A stretch of 41,720 nucleotides of DNA from Bacteroidales bacterium (GTDB lineage Bacteria; Bacteroidota; Bacteroidia; Bacteroidales; JAFGXI01): assembly GCA_026985625.1 (NCBI GenBank), contig JALSQC010000160.1:1-41720 (forward strand). Reading direction: 5' to 3'. Position 1 is the stretch's first letter. Each line of letters starts with the position of its first letter. This document shows positions 18,943-28,378 of the stretch, in pieces. Below the pieces are notes generated by a model that saw only the letters and a program-made list of their open reading frames with translations, was not told where the DNA came from and did no database searches. The position numbers were made by a program, and so were the translations under genes.

Positions 18943-19257
18943 CTATGTTTTTACTTTTCCTATTTTATTTTCGATAGATTCTATTTTTTGAATCATTCGA
19001 TTATTTTTGCCTTTGCGTATATCCATTGTAAGAGTTGAATAAACCCTATCGGCAAACGGTTCGAGAACTAAATACGATTTTTCTACAATTTTAAGAGCTT
19101 CGCTAATAGTTTCGGTTTCGATTATTGTTCCCATTGGAGTTAATTTGTAGCTTACTCCGCTATTTCGTATCATATCAATAATTTTACTAACATACGGGCT
19201 TGAGCTACTGCCTTCTTTACTTGTGGGAAACATTGCAAATTCTAATAATACTGACAT
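18943..19257 (-). CDS. MTH1187/YkoF-family (UPF0045) thiamine-binding-like protein
   Basis: 104 aa. LEFAMFPT....SPYVSKIIDMIRNSGVSYKLTPMGTIIE is the characteristic N-terminal half of this family. Confidence 0.7.
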   Translation of the reverse strand: MSVLLEFAMFPTSKEGSSSSPYVSKIIDMIRNSGVSYKLTPMGTIIETETISEALKIVEKSYLVLEPFADRVYSTLTMDIRKGKNNRMIQKIESIENKIGKVKT

Positions 19258-19261
19258 TTTT

Positions 19262-20071
19262 TTATATTAAAATTAATATTTTTTGGTTAAATGCTTTTAC
19301 TTTTTCAAAAAACGATAAGTTTTTGTTTTTATATTCTTGCAAATAATATTTTGCTTGATTAATAGCTTTGTTTTTTCTATAATATTTCTCGGCTTTAAAT
19401 AATACGTATTTTTGTTGCTTTTCTGACAGATAATCGATTAATTTTTTTTGTGCGTGAGTTTTTTCGAATGCTATTAATGGTAATATTTTTTTATTTTTTA
19501 TTTTTATTGTATTAAAAAACTCCCACTGGTGTAACCAAAACGGATAATCATTAGATATTGTTTTATAAAAATTAGAGTATTTTATAATTTTTTTGTTTAA
19601 TTTTTTTTGGTTTAGTTTTATTGTTGCTTGTAAAAAAACAAGCATATTGTTTGAAAAATTATTAGTTGTTTTTTTTCTGAGGTTATATATTTCGATAATT
19701 TTATTTTTTTTGATATTTAATTTATAGCATGCATCAAAAAACATTTGTTTTGCTAATAAATCGTAAGTTTTATCAGCAAACAAAAATTGTTGTCGCAATA
19801 TAGATATTGCACTATTGCCGTAGTCGTTGTTTAAATTATACGATTTTGCAAGTTCTATAAAAAATTCTGATGCCCGGGTTTTATTTATTTTGTTATTGTA
19901 AATAATACTGTCGGCAATAAGCTCGGCATTTCTGTAATTATCGGCAGCTAAATATTTGTTTTGTTGTATAAAAATAAGTTTTAAATATTCGGTTTCGACT
20001 TTTAAACTGTTTTGTGAAAATAAAAAAGTCGAAAAAAATAAGCTTAATAAAATAAATATATATCTCATCAT
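19262..20071 (-). CDS. hypothetical exported helical protein
   Basis: 269 aa. Signal peptide MMRYIFILLSLFFSTFLFSQ. K/N-rich and probably helical-repeat. No motif recognised. Confidence 0.5.
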   Translation of the reverse strand: MMRYIFILLSLFFSTFLFSQNSLKVETEYLKLIFIQQNKYLAADNYRNAELIADSIIYNNKINKTRASEFFIELAKSYNLNNDYGNSAISILRQQFLFADKTYDLLAKQMFFDACYKLNIKKNKIIEIYNLRKKTTNNFSNNMLVFLQATIKLNQKKLNKKIIKYSNFYKTISNDYPFWLHQWEFFNTIKIKNKKILPLIAFEKTHAQKKLIDYLSEKQQKYVLFKAEKYYRKNKAINQAKYYLQEYKNKNLSFFEKVKAFNQKILILI

Positions 20072-20076
20072 ATATT

Positions 20077-20664
20077 TTAAAATTTTACAGATAACCCTAA
20101 AGCGGGCGAGAATTTAATGTTAGACGATAAATTTTGTTCAAGTTTTAATTTTATACCATATTTATAACGAATCATATTTTGTTTTTTTTGTAGTTTATAT
20201 TGTCCGTGAATCCAATCGTATAAATAAGTCGAAAAAATTGTAACCATAGAAGCAACAACAACAACATCGGATTTTTTTACCGACCAATCTTCTGTAATTT
20301 GAATATTATTTGTATTATCTTTTGAGTTTATTAATCCGCTATACCATTTATCGCCACGGGCTTTACTGGAAAAGTAAGAAGCCCCAAGTCCTATATACGA
20401 GGCCGTTCGCAATGTTAATAACGTATAGGCTGTTTTGTTTTCTTTTGCTTTAAAATGGACATATCCGGGAACAATTATTGCATACATCATATCTTTCATT
20501 CGCAGGTTTTGCGATAAAAGTTGAAATTCGTTAAAACTCATTGTCGATGGTATTTTTGGCGAGGTTATATTATCGTCTTTTTTTATATTATATAAGTCTA
20601 TATCCTGCGAAAATACCATGCTTTTTACAAGTATAAGAGATAATATTATTAATATTTTTTTCAT
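20077..20664 (-). CDS. hypothetical exported/membrane protein (possibly DUF5683-like)
   Basis: 195 aa. Signal peptide, two hydrophobic segments (AIIVPGYVHF..., VVVVASMVTIFSTYLY), ends ...LGLSVKF. Its start overlaps the upstream gene's stop by 4 nt (20661-20664). Confidence 0.5.
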   Translation of the reverse strand: MKKILIILSLILVKSMVFSQDIDLYNIKKDDNITSPKIPSTMSFNEFQLLSQNLRMKDMMYAIIVPGYVHFKAKENKTAYTLLTLRTASYIGLGASYFSSKARGDKWYSGLINSKDNTNNIQITEDWSVKKSDVVVVASMVTIFSTYLYDWIHGQYKLQKKQNMIRYKYGIKLKLEQNLSSNIKFSPALGLSVKF

Positions 20665-22412
20665 AATTCAAAAGTTTCTTCTACGTCCCAATTTGCTCTA
20701 ATGTTTATTTCTTTATCAAAAAATTTAATTCTCTCGGGTTGTATTTTATTTTTGTAGTTACCTGTATCCCATTTTTTATTATTGTTTGAATCAAATATTG
20801 CTTTTAAATAATATTTTCCGGGTTTTAAATATAAAAAATTAAAACTATTATTAGTGTTTGTAAAATATATTTTTACAATATTTTTTTTAGAATCTAACAG
20901 TTGCAAAATAATATTTTTGTTGTTTATAGAGTCTAACGTAATTTTTAAATTACCGTAATCGGAAAATTTTGTTACAGAAAAGTATATAGTGTTTGATTTG
21001 TTACAAACATTATAAATGCTGCAAAAACAACTATCGTTTATAACTAATTTGTAATTTCCTGATTCTTCCCATTTATTTTTTAAAACAATTTTTTGTTTGT
21101 TTAAGCTATCCTCAAATATTTTAGGATTTATTTTTATAAAACTTGTATCTTTTTTTTGATAAAGATATATTTTGTTTATTTTTTTTTGTTTAATAGGAGT
21201 ATTTAAAGATATATTAATGTTTTTATAAATATCTAAAATACCTTTGTTTTTTACATTGATAGAAAAACTTGTTTTTGATAAATTATTATTGAATTTTTGT
21301 TCGCCGTTTTTTAAATAAGTTGGTTTTGTTAGTTCAAAAGTATCGGTTTTTAATGTTATTTTTTGTAACGAGTCGGTAATTTCATGTTTTATTAATAAGT
21401 GTATTGTGTCGGCATTATATGCCAAACTATCGGTAATCCATACGTTTAAGGTATCGTTTGTTGCATTTGTGTCTATTATAAAGCAATTTTTGTTAGAGTT
21501 ATTTAATAGTTTTATTAGAGGTGTAGTTTTTAAGGTTTTATTAAAAATTAAAATTAATTTTTCTTTTGATACTCGTTTTGCAGATACTAAAAATTGTTTT
21601 TTTTGATTCTCATTAAACAAAAACATCTTTATATTGTTTGGTAAATATTTGTTTAATTTAAATACAACAATGCTATCGTTTTGTAAGGTATCGGTTTTTA
21701 TTGTGTCGATTTTTTCGATAATTTTAATATCCGGTTTTATAAGTGTATCGCTAAATGCAATATTTTCTGAAGGCGAATCAAAAATAAAATTACTGTTTTT
21801 ATCGTCTAATGCAAAAATCATATAATTTGATTTTGCAATGTTTGTAAACTCAAAATTACCTGTTTTATTGGTTTTTGTTATATAGTATGGTTTTTGTTTT
21901 AAAGGCATTGTGTCGTTTGTATTTTTATATAAAAACACAAAAATATTTTTTGCAGGAGTTAAGTCAAAAGCATTTAAAATTTGCCCCGATATTTTTAGCG
22001 AGTCTATAATATTACCTGTAGAAAAAACAAATTTAAAATTTGATTTTGGATTTCCTTCGTTTATATCAACAATTGCATCGTTAAAATTAAAAGTATATGT
22101 TGTATTTTTTTGCAAACTGTCTTTTATACTTATTATTAAACTCTTATTTTTTATTTTAACATCAGGTTTTTTGTTTAACGGTGGCGATATAATTAAATTT
22201 TTATTTAAATTTTTTAGTTTAATATATTCATCAAAATCTATTTTAATTTTTTTATCGTTAAAATTTACCGATTCGTTTTTAGGATAAGAACTTATAACAA
22301 CAGGAGCTTGTGTGTCTTTTGGCCCTCCCGATGGAGCTCCTACGTTTGCACAATCAATAAAAATAAATATTGATATAAAAAATAAAAAATATTTAAAAAA
22401 ATATTTTATCAT
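20661..22412 (-). CDS. Ig-like (SbsA/Big_5-type) domain-containing lipoprotein
   Basis: Lipoprotein signal MIKYFFKYFLFFISIFIFIDC, followed by ANVGAPSGGPKDTQAPVV, typical of a widespread Bacteroidota Ig-like lipoprotein family. I trimmed the start to the ATG at 22412, which removes the overlap with glpD. Confidence 0.65.
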   Translation of the reverse strand: MIKYFFKYFLFFISIFIFIDCANVGAPSGGPKDTQAPVVISSYPKNESVNFNDKKIKIDFDEYIKLKNLNKNLIISPPLNKKPDVKIKNKSLIISIKDSLQKNTTYTFNFNDAIVDINEGNPKSNFKFVFSTGNIIDSLKISGQILNAFDLTPAKNIFVFLYKNTNDTMPLKQKPYYITKTNKTGNFEFTNIAKSNYMIFALDDKNSNFIFDSPSENIAFSDTLIKPDIKIIEKIDTIKTDTLQNDSIVVFKLNKYLPNNIKMFLFNENQKKQFLVSAKRVSKEKLILIFNKTLKTTPLIKLLNNSNKNCFIIDTNATNDTLNVWITDSLAYNADTIHLLIKHEITDSLQKITLKTDTFELTKPTYLKNGEQKFNNNLSKTSFSINVKNKGILDIYKNINISLNTPIKQKKINKIYLYQKKDTSFIKINPKIFEDSLNKQKIVLKNKWEESGNYKLVINDSCFCSIYNVCNKSNTIYFSVTKFSDYGNLKITLDSINNKNIILQLLDSKKNIVKIYFTNTNNSFNFLYLKPGKYYLKAIFDSNNNKKWDTGNYKNKIQPERIKFFDKEINIRANWDVEETFEL

Positions 22413-22460
22413 CTGTAAAATATATAATTTTATAAAATTAATTACAAAGAAAAAAAATAT

Positions 22461-24137
22461 ATGAACAAAGATATAAGTTTCTCGCAATTAAATAGAAACA
22501 TTTTTATTGATTCGGCAAAAAATAATTATTTTGATTTATTAATCATAGGAGGAGGAATAACAGGAGCAGGCATTGCCCTTGATGCTACAACACGTGGACT
22601 AAAAACAATATTAATAGAAAAACAAGATTTTGCCGAAGGAACAAGCTCCCGTTCTACAAAACTTGTTCACGGAGGATTGCGATATTTGCAAAATTACGAG
22701 TTTAAACTTGTTCGCGAGGTTGGTCGCGAAAGGGAGATTGTTTATAATAATGCATCGCATATAGTTCGCCCGCAGAAAATGATGTTGCCTATTATTAAAA
22801 ACGGGTCGATTAATAGGTTTCTCGGATTTGTAGGTCTTACAATGTATGATTATTTAGCCGGAGTAAGAAAAAAAGAACGTAAAAAAGTATTATCGAAAGA
22901 AGAAACTTTAAAACAAGAAAAACTTTTAAATAAAGATATTTTAAAAAGCAGTATTCTTTATTACGAATATAAAACCAACGATTCGCGATTAACAATTGAG
23001 GTTCTTAAAAAAGCTTTTGAATATAATGCAACGTTATTAAATTATGTAAAAGCCGAGAACTTTATATATAAAAATAATAAAATTACAGGTGTAACGGCAA
23101 AAGACATATTAACCGATAATACTTTTGATATATCGGCTAAGTATATTGTTAATGCAACAGGACCTTGGGTTGACGATTTACGCAAAGCCGATAAATCGAT
23201 AAACGAACACAGTATACAATTAACAAAAGGAATACATTTAACCGTATCTCGCGAAAGATTTAAAATTTCTAATGCAATATATTTTGACAATTGCGATAAA
23301 CGAATGATATTTGTTATTCCTCGTGATAATAGTGTTTATATAGGAACAACCGACACTTTTTACAATGACGAAAAAGAAAATCCAAAAATTAATATTTCCG
23401 ATATTAATTATTTATTAGATGCTGTAAATAAAATGTTTCCGTTGGTAAAATTAACAATTAATGATATTAGCTCGGCGTGGGCAGGTTTAAGACCTCTTAT
23501 AAAAAAACAAGGAAAAAAGCCATCGGAACTTTCGCGTAAAGACGAAATATTTATTTCGCCGTCGGGATTAATTTCAATAGCAGGAGGAAAACTTACAGGA
23601 TACCGATTAATGGCAAAAAAAATTGTTGATAAAATTTTTGACTATATACAAAAAGATAATGATAACAAATTTGTTGAATGTAAAACTAAAAATTTAAAAT
23701 TATCGGGAGGTGAGTTTAATTTTGATACCCACGGTTTTAAACTTATAGAACTTGCCGAATCGAAATTTTACGATGCTCAACAACTAAATTTGTCGGTAAA
23801 AGATTCTGATAAACTTTTTTTTAGATACGGAACAAATTACGATAAAATAATAGAAAAAGCCTACGAATTACGTTCGGCAAACGAAACATCAAATTTGTGG
23901 TTAAAAGCAGAGTTGTGGTATTGTATTAATTATGAGATGATAAATAATTTATCGGATTTTTTTATTCGCCGAACAGGAATGATTTTTTTTGAATATGATA
24001 ATATTAAAAATCTTATAAATCCTACCGCCGATTATATGCAAAAGATATTAGGTTGGGATAATAAAACAAAAGAAAAAAAAATATCGGATTTTAAAGCAAA
24101 ATATTTAAGTGTTAAAAATTTTTTTACGAAAAATTAA
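22461..24137 (+). CDS. glpD: FAD-dependent glycerol-3-phosphate dehydrogenase/oxidase
   Basis: FAD-binding fold FDLLIIGGGITGAGIALDATTRGLKTILIEKQDFAEGTSSRSTKLVHGGLRYL. 558 aa. Confidence 0.88.
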   Translation: MNKDISFSQLNRNIFIDSAKNNYFDLLIIGGGITGAGIALDATTRGLKTILIEKQDFAEGTSSRSTKLVHGGLRYLQNYEFKLVREVGREREIVYNNASHIVRPQKMMLPIIKNGSINRFLGFVGLTMYDYLAGVRKKERKKVLSKEETLKQEKLLNKDILKSSILYYEYKTNDSRLTIEVLKKAFEYNATLLNYVKAENFIYKNNKITGVTAKDILTDNTFDISAKYIVNATGPWVDDLRKADKSINEHSIQLTKGIHLTVSRERFKISNAIYFDNCDKRMIFVIPRDNSVYIGTTDTFYNDEKENPKINISDINYLLDAVNKMFPLVKLTINDISSAWAGLRPLIKKQGKKPSELSRKDEIFISPSGLISIAGGKLTGYRLMAKKIVDKIFDYIQKDNDNKFVECKTKNLKLSGGEFNFDTHGFKLIELAESKFYDAQQLNLSVKDSDKLFFRYGTNYDKIIEKAYELRSANETSNLWLKAELWYCINYEMINNLSDFFIRRTGMIFFEYDNIKNLINPTADYMQKILGWDNKTKEKKISDFKAKYLSVKNFFTKN

Positions 24138-24232
24138 TGCAATGTAATAAAAAACACGGGGGTTAATTACAAAAAAGATATGTTTTTTTTGATTTTGTTT
24201 AAAAATTAAGGGGGTGTATTAAATTTTTTTAA

Positions 24233-24240
24233 TACTTTTG
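24233..24240 (+). promoter_or_regulatory. Bacteroidota-type -7 promoter box TACTTTTG upstream of glnN
   Basis: Perfect TAnnTTTG, 27 nt upstream of the glnN ATG at 24267. Confidence 0.45.
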
Positions 24241-24266
24241 CGTGAATTTATAAAAATTTAAAAAAA

Positions 24267-26453
24267 ATGAATTTTAGACAACAAGCTATAACCGAAATAT
24301 CGAAACGAACATTTTCGAAATTTGATATACCTGAGAAAAAAACATCAGATTATTTTGCATCAGAAGTTTTTACACGCAAAAAAATGCAAGAATATCTTTC
24401 GAAAGAAGCATACGAAAATATTATATCGGCAATTGATTACGGTAAAAAAATTAATCGCAGAATATCAAACCAAATAGCTTTAGGAATGAAAGCTTGGGCT
24501 TTAGAAAAAGGTGTTACTCATTACACTCATTGGTTTCATCCGTTAAACGGAGCTACAGCCGAAAAACACGATTCGTTTTTTGAACCGACAAACGACGGTG
24601 GTGCAATTGAACGTTTCGACGGAGATATGCTAATTCAGCAAGAACCTGACGCGTCGAGTTTTCCTAACGGAGGAATACGAAATACTTTTGAGGCTCGCGG
24701 TTATACGGCTTGGGACCCGTCATCGCCGGCATTCATTATGGGAAAAACCCTTTGTATTCCTACAATATTTATATCATATACAGGCGAAGCGTTAGATTAT
24801 AAAACACCCCTGTTAAAAGCTCTTAATTTATTAGATACCGAAGCTACAAAAACCTGCAATCTTTTTGATAAGAATGTAACAAAAGTTATATCAACATTAG
24901 GTTGGGAACAAGAATATTTTTTAATTGATAAAGCCTTATATTTATCGCGTCCCGATTTGGTTTTAGCAGGACGAACACTTATGGGACACGCCTCGGCAAA
25001 AGATCAACAATTAGAGGATCATTATTTTGGTTCTATTCCCGATAGAGTTGCAAACTTTATGCGAGAATTCGAATACGAAGCTCTAAAATTAGGTATTCCG
25101 GTAAAAACACGACACAACGAGGTTGCTCCTAATCAATACGAGTGTGCTCCTGTTTTTGAAGAAACTAATCTTGCTGTTGACCATAATCAACTTATTATGG
25201 AGCTAATTTCTAAAATTGCAAATAAACATAATTTAAAAGCTCTTTTTCACGAGAAACCTTTTGCGGGAATTAACGGTTCCGGAAAACATAACAATTGGTC
25301 GTTAATGACAAACACGGGTGTTAATCTTTTAAAACCGGGCAAAAATCCAAAATCTAATTTACAGTTTTTAACTTTTTTAGTAAATACAATAAAAGCTGTT
25401 TATGATAATGCCGATATTTTACGAGCAAGTATAGTATCTCCGGGTAACGAATACCGTCTTGGAGCAAGCGAAGCTCCTCCTTCTATAATATCGGTATTTT
25501 TAGGGAAACATCTTACCGATGTTTTAAATGATATAGAAAAAAAAGTTACCGATACCAAAATGACTCCCGAAACCAAAACAGAGTTAAAATTAAATATAGG
25601 AAAAATTCCCGAGATACTTTTAGACAATACCGATAGAAATCGCACATCGCCTTTTGCTTTTACAGGAAACCGTTTTGAGTTTAGAGCTGTTGGTTCGTCG
25701 GCAAATTGTGCAGCTCCTATGATAACGCTTAATACTGCAGTTGCAAATCAATTAAAAATTTTTAATAATAAAGTAAATGAGTTAATATCAAAAGGTATAA
25801 AAAAAGACGAAGCCATTTTTAATATACTTAAAGAAATAATTATTGAATCGAAAAAAATAAGATTCGAGGGTAACGGTTATGGACAAGAATGGATAAATAA
25901 AGCAAGAAAAATAGGATTATCGAATATAAAAGAAATGCCCGATGCCATAAAAGCCTATATATCAAAAGAATCGATTAAATTATTTGTTGATAATAAAATT
26001 TTTACAAAACGCGAATTAGAAGCTCGATACGAGATACGACAAGAAATTTATATTAAAAAAATTCAAATAGAATCAAGAACTTTAGGCGATTTGGCTATAA
26101 ATCATATTATACCTATAGCTTTAAAATATCAAAATTTATTGGTAAATAATGTTCAAGGATTAAAAAATATTTTATCGGATACAGAGTTTCAAGAAACTGC
26201 AATATCACAAATAGAATCAATAAAAAAAATATCAAAACATATACACGAAATTCGTATTTTGGTTAAAGAAATGGTTGATAACAGAAAAGTGGCAAATTCA
26301 AGCAAAAACTTATCGGATAAAATAGAAAAATATAAAAATAATGTTAAACCGTATTTAGAAAAAATAAGATATAATATAGATAAACTTGAGCTTATTGTTG
26401 ATAACGAGATTTGGCCTTTACCAAAATATCGCGAACTTTTGTTTTTACTATAA
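24267..26453 (+). CDS. glnN: glutamine synthetase type III
   Basis: 728 aa, the GSIII size class. GS catalytic motifs HNEVAPNQYECAPVFE and NGSGKHNNWSL, plus EAPPSIISVFLG. Confidence 0.93.
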   Translation: MNFRQQAITEISKRTFSKFDIPEKKTSDYFASEVFTRKKMQEYLSKEAYENIISAIDYGKKINRRISNQIALGMKAWALEKGVTHYTHWFHPLNGATAEKHDSFFEPTNDGGAIERFDGDMLIQQEPDASSFPNGGIRNTFEARGYTAWDPSSPAFIMGKTLCIPTIFISYTGEALDYKTPLLKALNLLDTEATKTCNLFDKNVTKVISTLGWEQEYFLIDKALYLSRPDLVLAGRTLMGHASAKDQQLEDHYFGSIPDRVANFMREFEYEALKLGIPVKTRHNEVAPNQYECAPVFEETNLAVDHNQLIMELISKIANKHNLKALFHEKPFAGINGSGKHNNWSLMTNTGVNLLKPGKNPKSNLQFLTFLVNTIKAVYDNADILRASIVSPGNEYRLGASEAPPSIISVFLGKHLTDVLNDIEKKVTDTKMTPETKTELKLNIGKIPEILLDNTDRNRTSPFAFTGNRFEFRAVGSSANCAAPMITLNTAVANQLKIFNNKVNELISKGIKKDEAIFNILKEIIIESKKIRFEGNGYGQEWINKARKIGLSNIKEMPDAIKAYISKESIKLFVDNKIFTKRELEARYEIRQEIYIKKIQIESRTLGDLAINHIIPIALKYQNLLVNNVQGLKNILSDTEFQETAISQIESIKKISKHIHEIRILVKEMVDNRKVANSSKNLSDKIEKYKNNVKPYLEKIRYNIDKLELIVDNEIWPLPKYRELLFLL

Positions 26454-26463
26454 TTTTAAAAGT

Positions 26464-27876
26464 TTATTGTCGTCGTCTTAAAACTTTTGTTACAAAATAT
26501 CTTTCGAAGTATTCGGTTGGTGTTCGTGCCGGATTGGCAATTATTTTGCCGTAAGGGTCGATTAAAATATATGTAGGATATGCTAATACATTGTATTCGT
26601 TTATTAGTTTTTTATTTTCTCCGATATTTAAAAAAGTCCAATTTAATGTTTTGTTTTTAGATTTAAATTCTCGTAATTTTTTTAAGTCGGTATCTAAAAA
26701 AATTGTAATTATTTGTAGTTTATCGTTATATTTTTTTTGCAGAGTTTTTAATAGCGAGAAATCTTTCATACAACTATATGCTTTGCTATACATAAAATTA
26801 AGATAAATATATTTTCCTCTAAAATCTTTAAGCGATATGTATGCACTATCGCTATTTTGCAGACTAAAATCAAAACTATTTATATTTTGTGTGGGTTTTA
26901 TATTTATAATTTTTTTCTTAATTTTTTTTGCTATAATTTTATGTTCCTTAATTTTTGATTGTATTATTAAAGTATCAAGAGCTTGCACTATAAAACGTTT
27001 TTTAAAATCGTTATCGTAAATGGCATCGTGTAAGCCTTTAAGTGTTATAAACTCTAAAAGTGTTGTGTCGTCGGTTATAATTTCTTTTGATAACGAACGC
27101 ATAATTACATTTGAACTTTTCGATAAATTTACATTTGAGTATATGTATTTTCCTTTTACCGAATGTCCTATATCGGTAAAATAGTTTCGATACATATTGT
27201 TAAATAAATCCATATATGCAATATTGTTATAAAGTATAGGCTTGTTAACAAAATAGTAATGGGTAATATATTTGTAATCGCGTTTATACGAGAAAAATTT
27301 AAGGTAAGCTATTTTGTAGTATAAATAATTTTTAAAATAATTGTTGTTATATTTATTAAAAGTAGTATCTAAAACATTTATCATAGAATCTATATCGGAT
27401 TTTTCGCGTAACCGAAATATTTTATAAAAATTTAAATTAAGATATGGGTTTAGAATATTGTTAAATTTTTGTATAAGAACATTTACGTCGTCTTTTGCGG
27501 GATTTTTTATTCCTATATTTATTAAAAACGGTCGAAAATACGGGTTTAAGCTGTCTTTTAGTTTTTTTTCGACTAACGGTGGTAAAATAATATTATATTT
27601 TTTATACGGTTCGGCAAAAAAATATGCTTTGTATATGCCTATATTTGTAAAAACTTGTGTTGTTCGATTTAAATTAAACGATAGTTTAAAATTGCCGTTA
27701 TTATCTACTATGCTCGAGTCTAATTTGTCGATATCTTTTGTTATGGGATTGTTGTATTTGTAAAAAACAATAGTTTTGTTTTTATAATCTTTGGCATTGC
27801 CAAAAACACTAACATTTTGCGATTTGGCAAATAAACTTATAATTATTAATAATATTATTAATTTATATTTTAGCAT
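26464..27876 (-). CDS. thioredoxin-fold (TlpA/AhpC-TSA-like) exported protein with a degenerate AxxC motif
   Basis: Signal peptide. The C-terminal ~140 aa is redoxin-like: KYIYLNFMYSKAYSCMKDF aligns to FWASWCxPC with the first Cys replaced by Ala, and a cis-Pro loop LAYPTYILIDPYGKI is present. Confidence 0.65.
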   Translation of the reverse strand: MLKYKLIILLIIISLFAKSQNVSVFGNAKDYKNKTIVFYKYNNPITKDIDKLDSSIVDNNGNFKLSFNLNRTTQVFTNIGIYKAYFFAEPYKKYNIILPPLVEKKLKDSLNPYFRPFLINIGIKNPAKDDVNVLIQKFNNILNPYLNLNFYKIFRLREKSDIDSMINVLDTTFNKYNNNYFKNYLYYKIAYLKFFSYKRDYKYITHYYFVNKPILYNNIAYMDLFNNMYRNYFTDIGHSVKGKYIYSNVNLSKSSNVIMRSLSKEIITDDTTLLEFITLKGLHDAIYDNDFKKRFIVQALDTLIIQSKIKEHKIIAKKIKKKIINIKPTQNINSFDFSLQNSDSAYISLKDFRGKYIYLNFMYSKAYSCMKDFSLLKTLQKKYNDKLQIITIFLDTDLKKLREFKSKNKTLNWTFLNIGENKKLINEYNVLAYPTYILIDPYGKIIANPARTPTEYFERYFVTKVLRRRQ

Positions 27877-27912
27877 TGATTTAAGAAACTTGTTTTTTAT
27901 ATAAATTATTGC

Positions 27913-28374
27913 CTATTTTTTTAAAATAATTCCTTTTGGAATAAATTTATAAGTTTCGCCTTTGTGTTGGTATATATCGCGAATTATTGTAGAGTTTATT
28001 GCTGTAAACTCAGGTTTTGTAAGAATAAATATTGTTTCGATATTGTTATCGATAAGTTTATTGTTTTGAGCAATCATACGTTCGTATTCAAAATCGGCAG
28101 ATGTTCGCAATCCGCGAATTATAAAATTTGCATTGTTTTTTTTGCAAAAATCAATTGTAAGTCCTTCGTATAAATCTACTTTAATTTTTTTATTATTTTT
28201 AAATGTTTGTTTTATCCACTCTAAACGTTTATCAATAGGGAAAAATCCTTTTTTTTGGGAGTTATATCCTATTGCAATAATAATTTCGTCAAAAATTTTT
28301 AGAGCTTTATCGGCAATGTATTTATGTCCTATTGTAATAGGGTCGAACGATCCTGGAAAAACAGCACGTTTCAT
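27913..28374 (-). CDS. coaD: pantetheine-phosphate adenylyltransferase
   Basis: MKRAVFPGSFDPITIGH (nucleotidyltransferase T/HxGH motif), IRGLRTSADFEYE and INSTIIRD. 153 aa. Confidence 0.94.
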   Translation of the reverse strand: MKRAVFPGSFDPITIGHKYIADKALKIFDEIIIAIGYNSQKKGFFPIDKRLEWIKQTFKNNKKIKVDLYEGLTIDFCKKNNANFIIRGLRTSADFEYERMIAQNNKLIDNNIETIFILTKPEFTAINSTIIRDIYQHKGETYKFIPKGIILKK

Positions 28375-28378
28375 AGTT

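Noticed and set aside
22413-22487. 25-codon N-terminal extension of the Ig-like lipoprotein ORF (MRETYIFVHIFFFFVINFIKLYILQ)
   Set aside because: The downstream ATG at 22412 yields a canonical lipoprotein signal peptide. The extension would also overlap the divergent glpD start at 22461.
24138-24266. Glutamine riboswitch or other structured leader upstream of glnN
   Set aside because: Only about 27 nt lie between the -7 box and the ATG. I see neither conserved stems nor the glnA-motif core sequence.
26535-26549. Near-consensus sigma-54 promoter TGGCAA-ttatt-TTGC on the plus strand. It was the best match I found while scanning by eye for the -24/-12 pattern on both strands.
   Set aside because: It lies inside the 3' end of the minus-strand thioredoxin-fold gene and points antisense into it, with no plus-strand gene for several kb. 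It is most likely a chance match. 5'-end mapping would reveal an antisense transcript if one exists.
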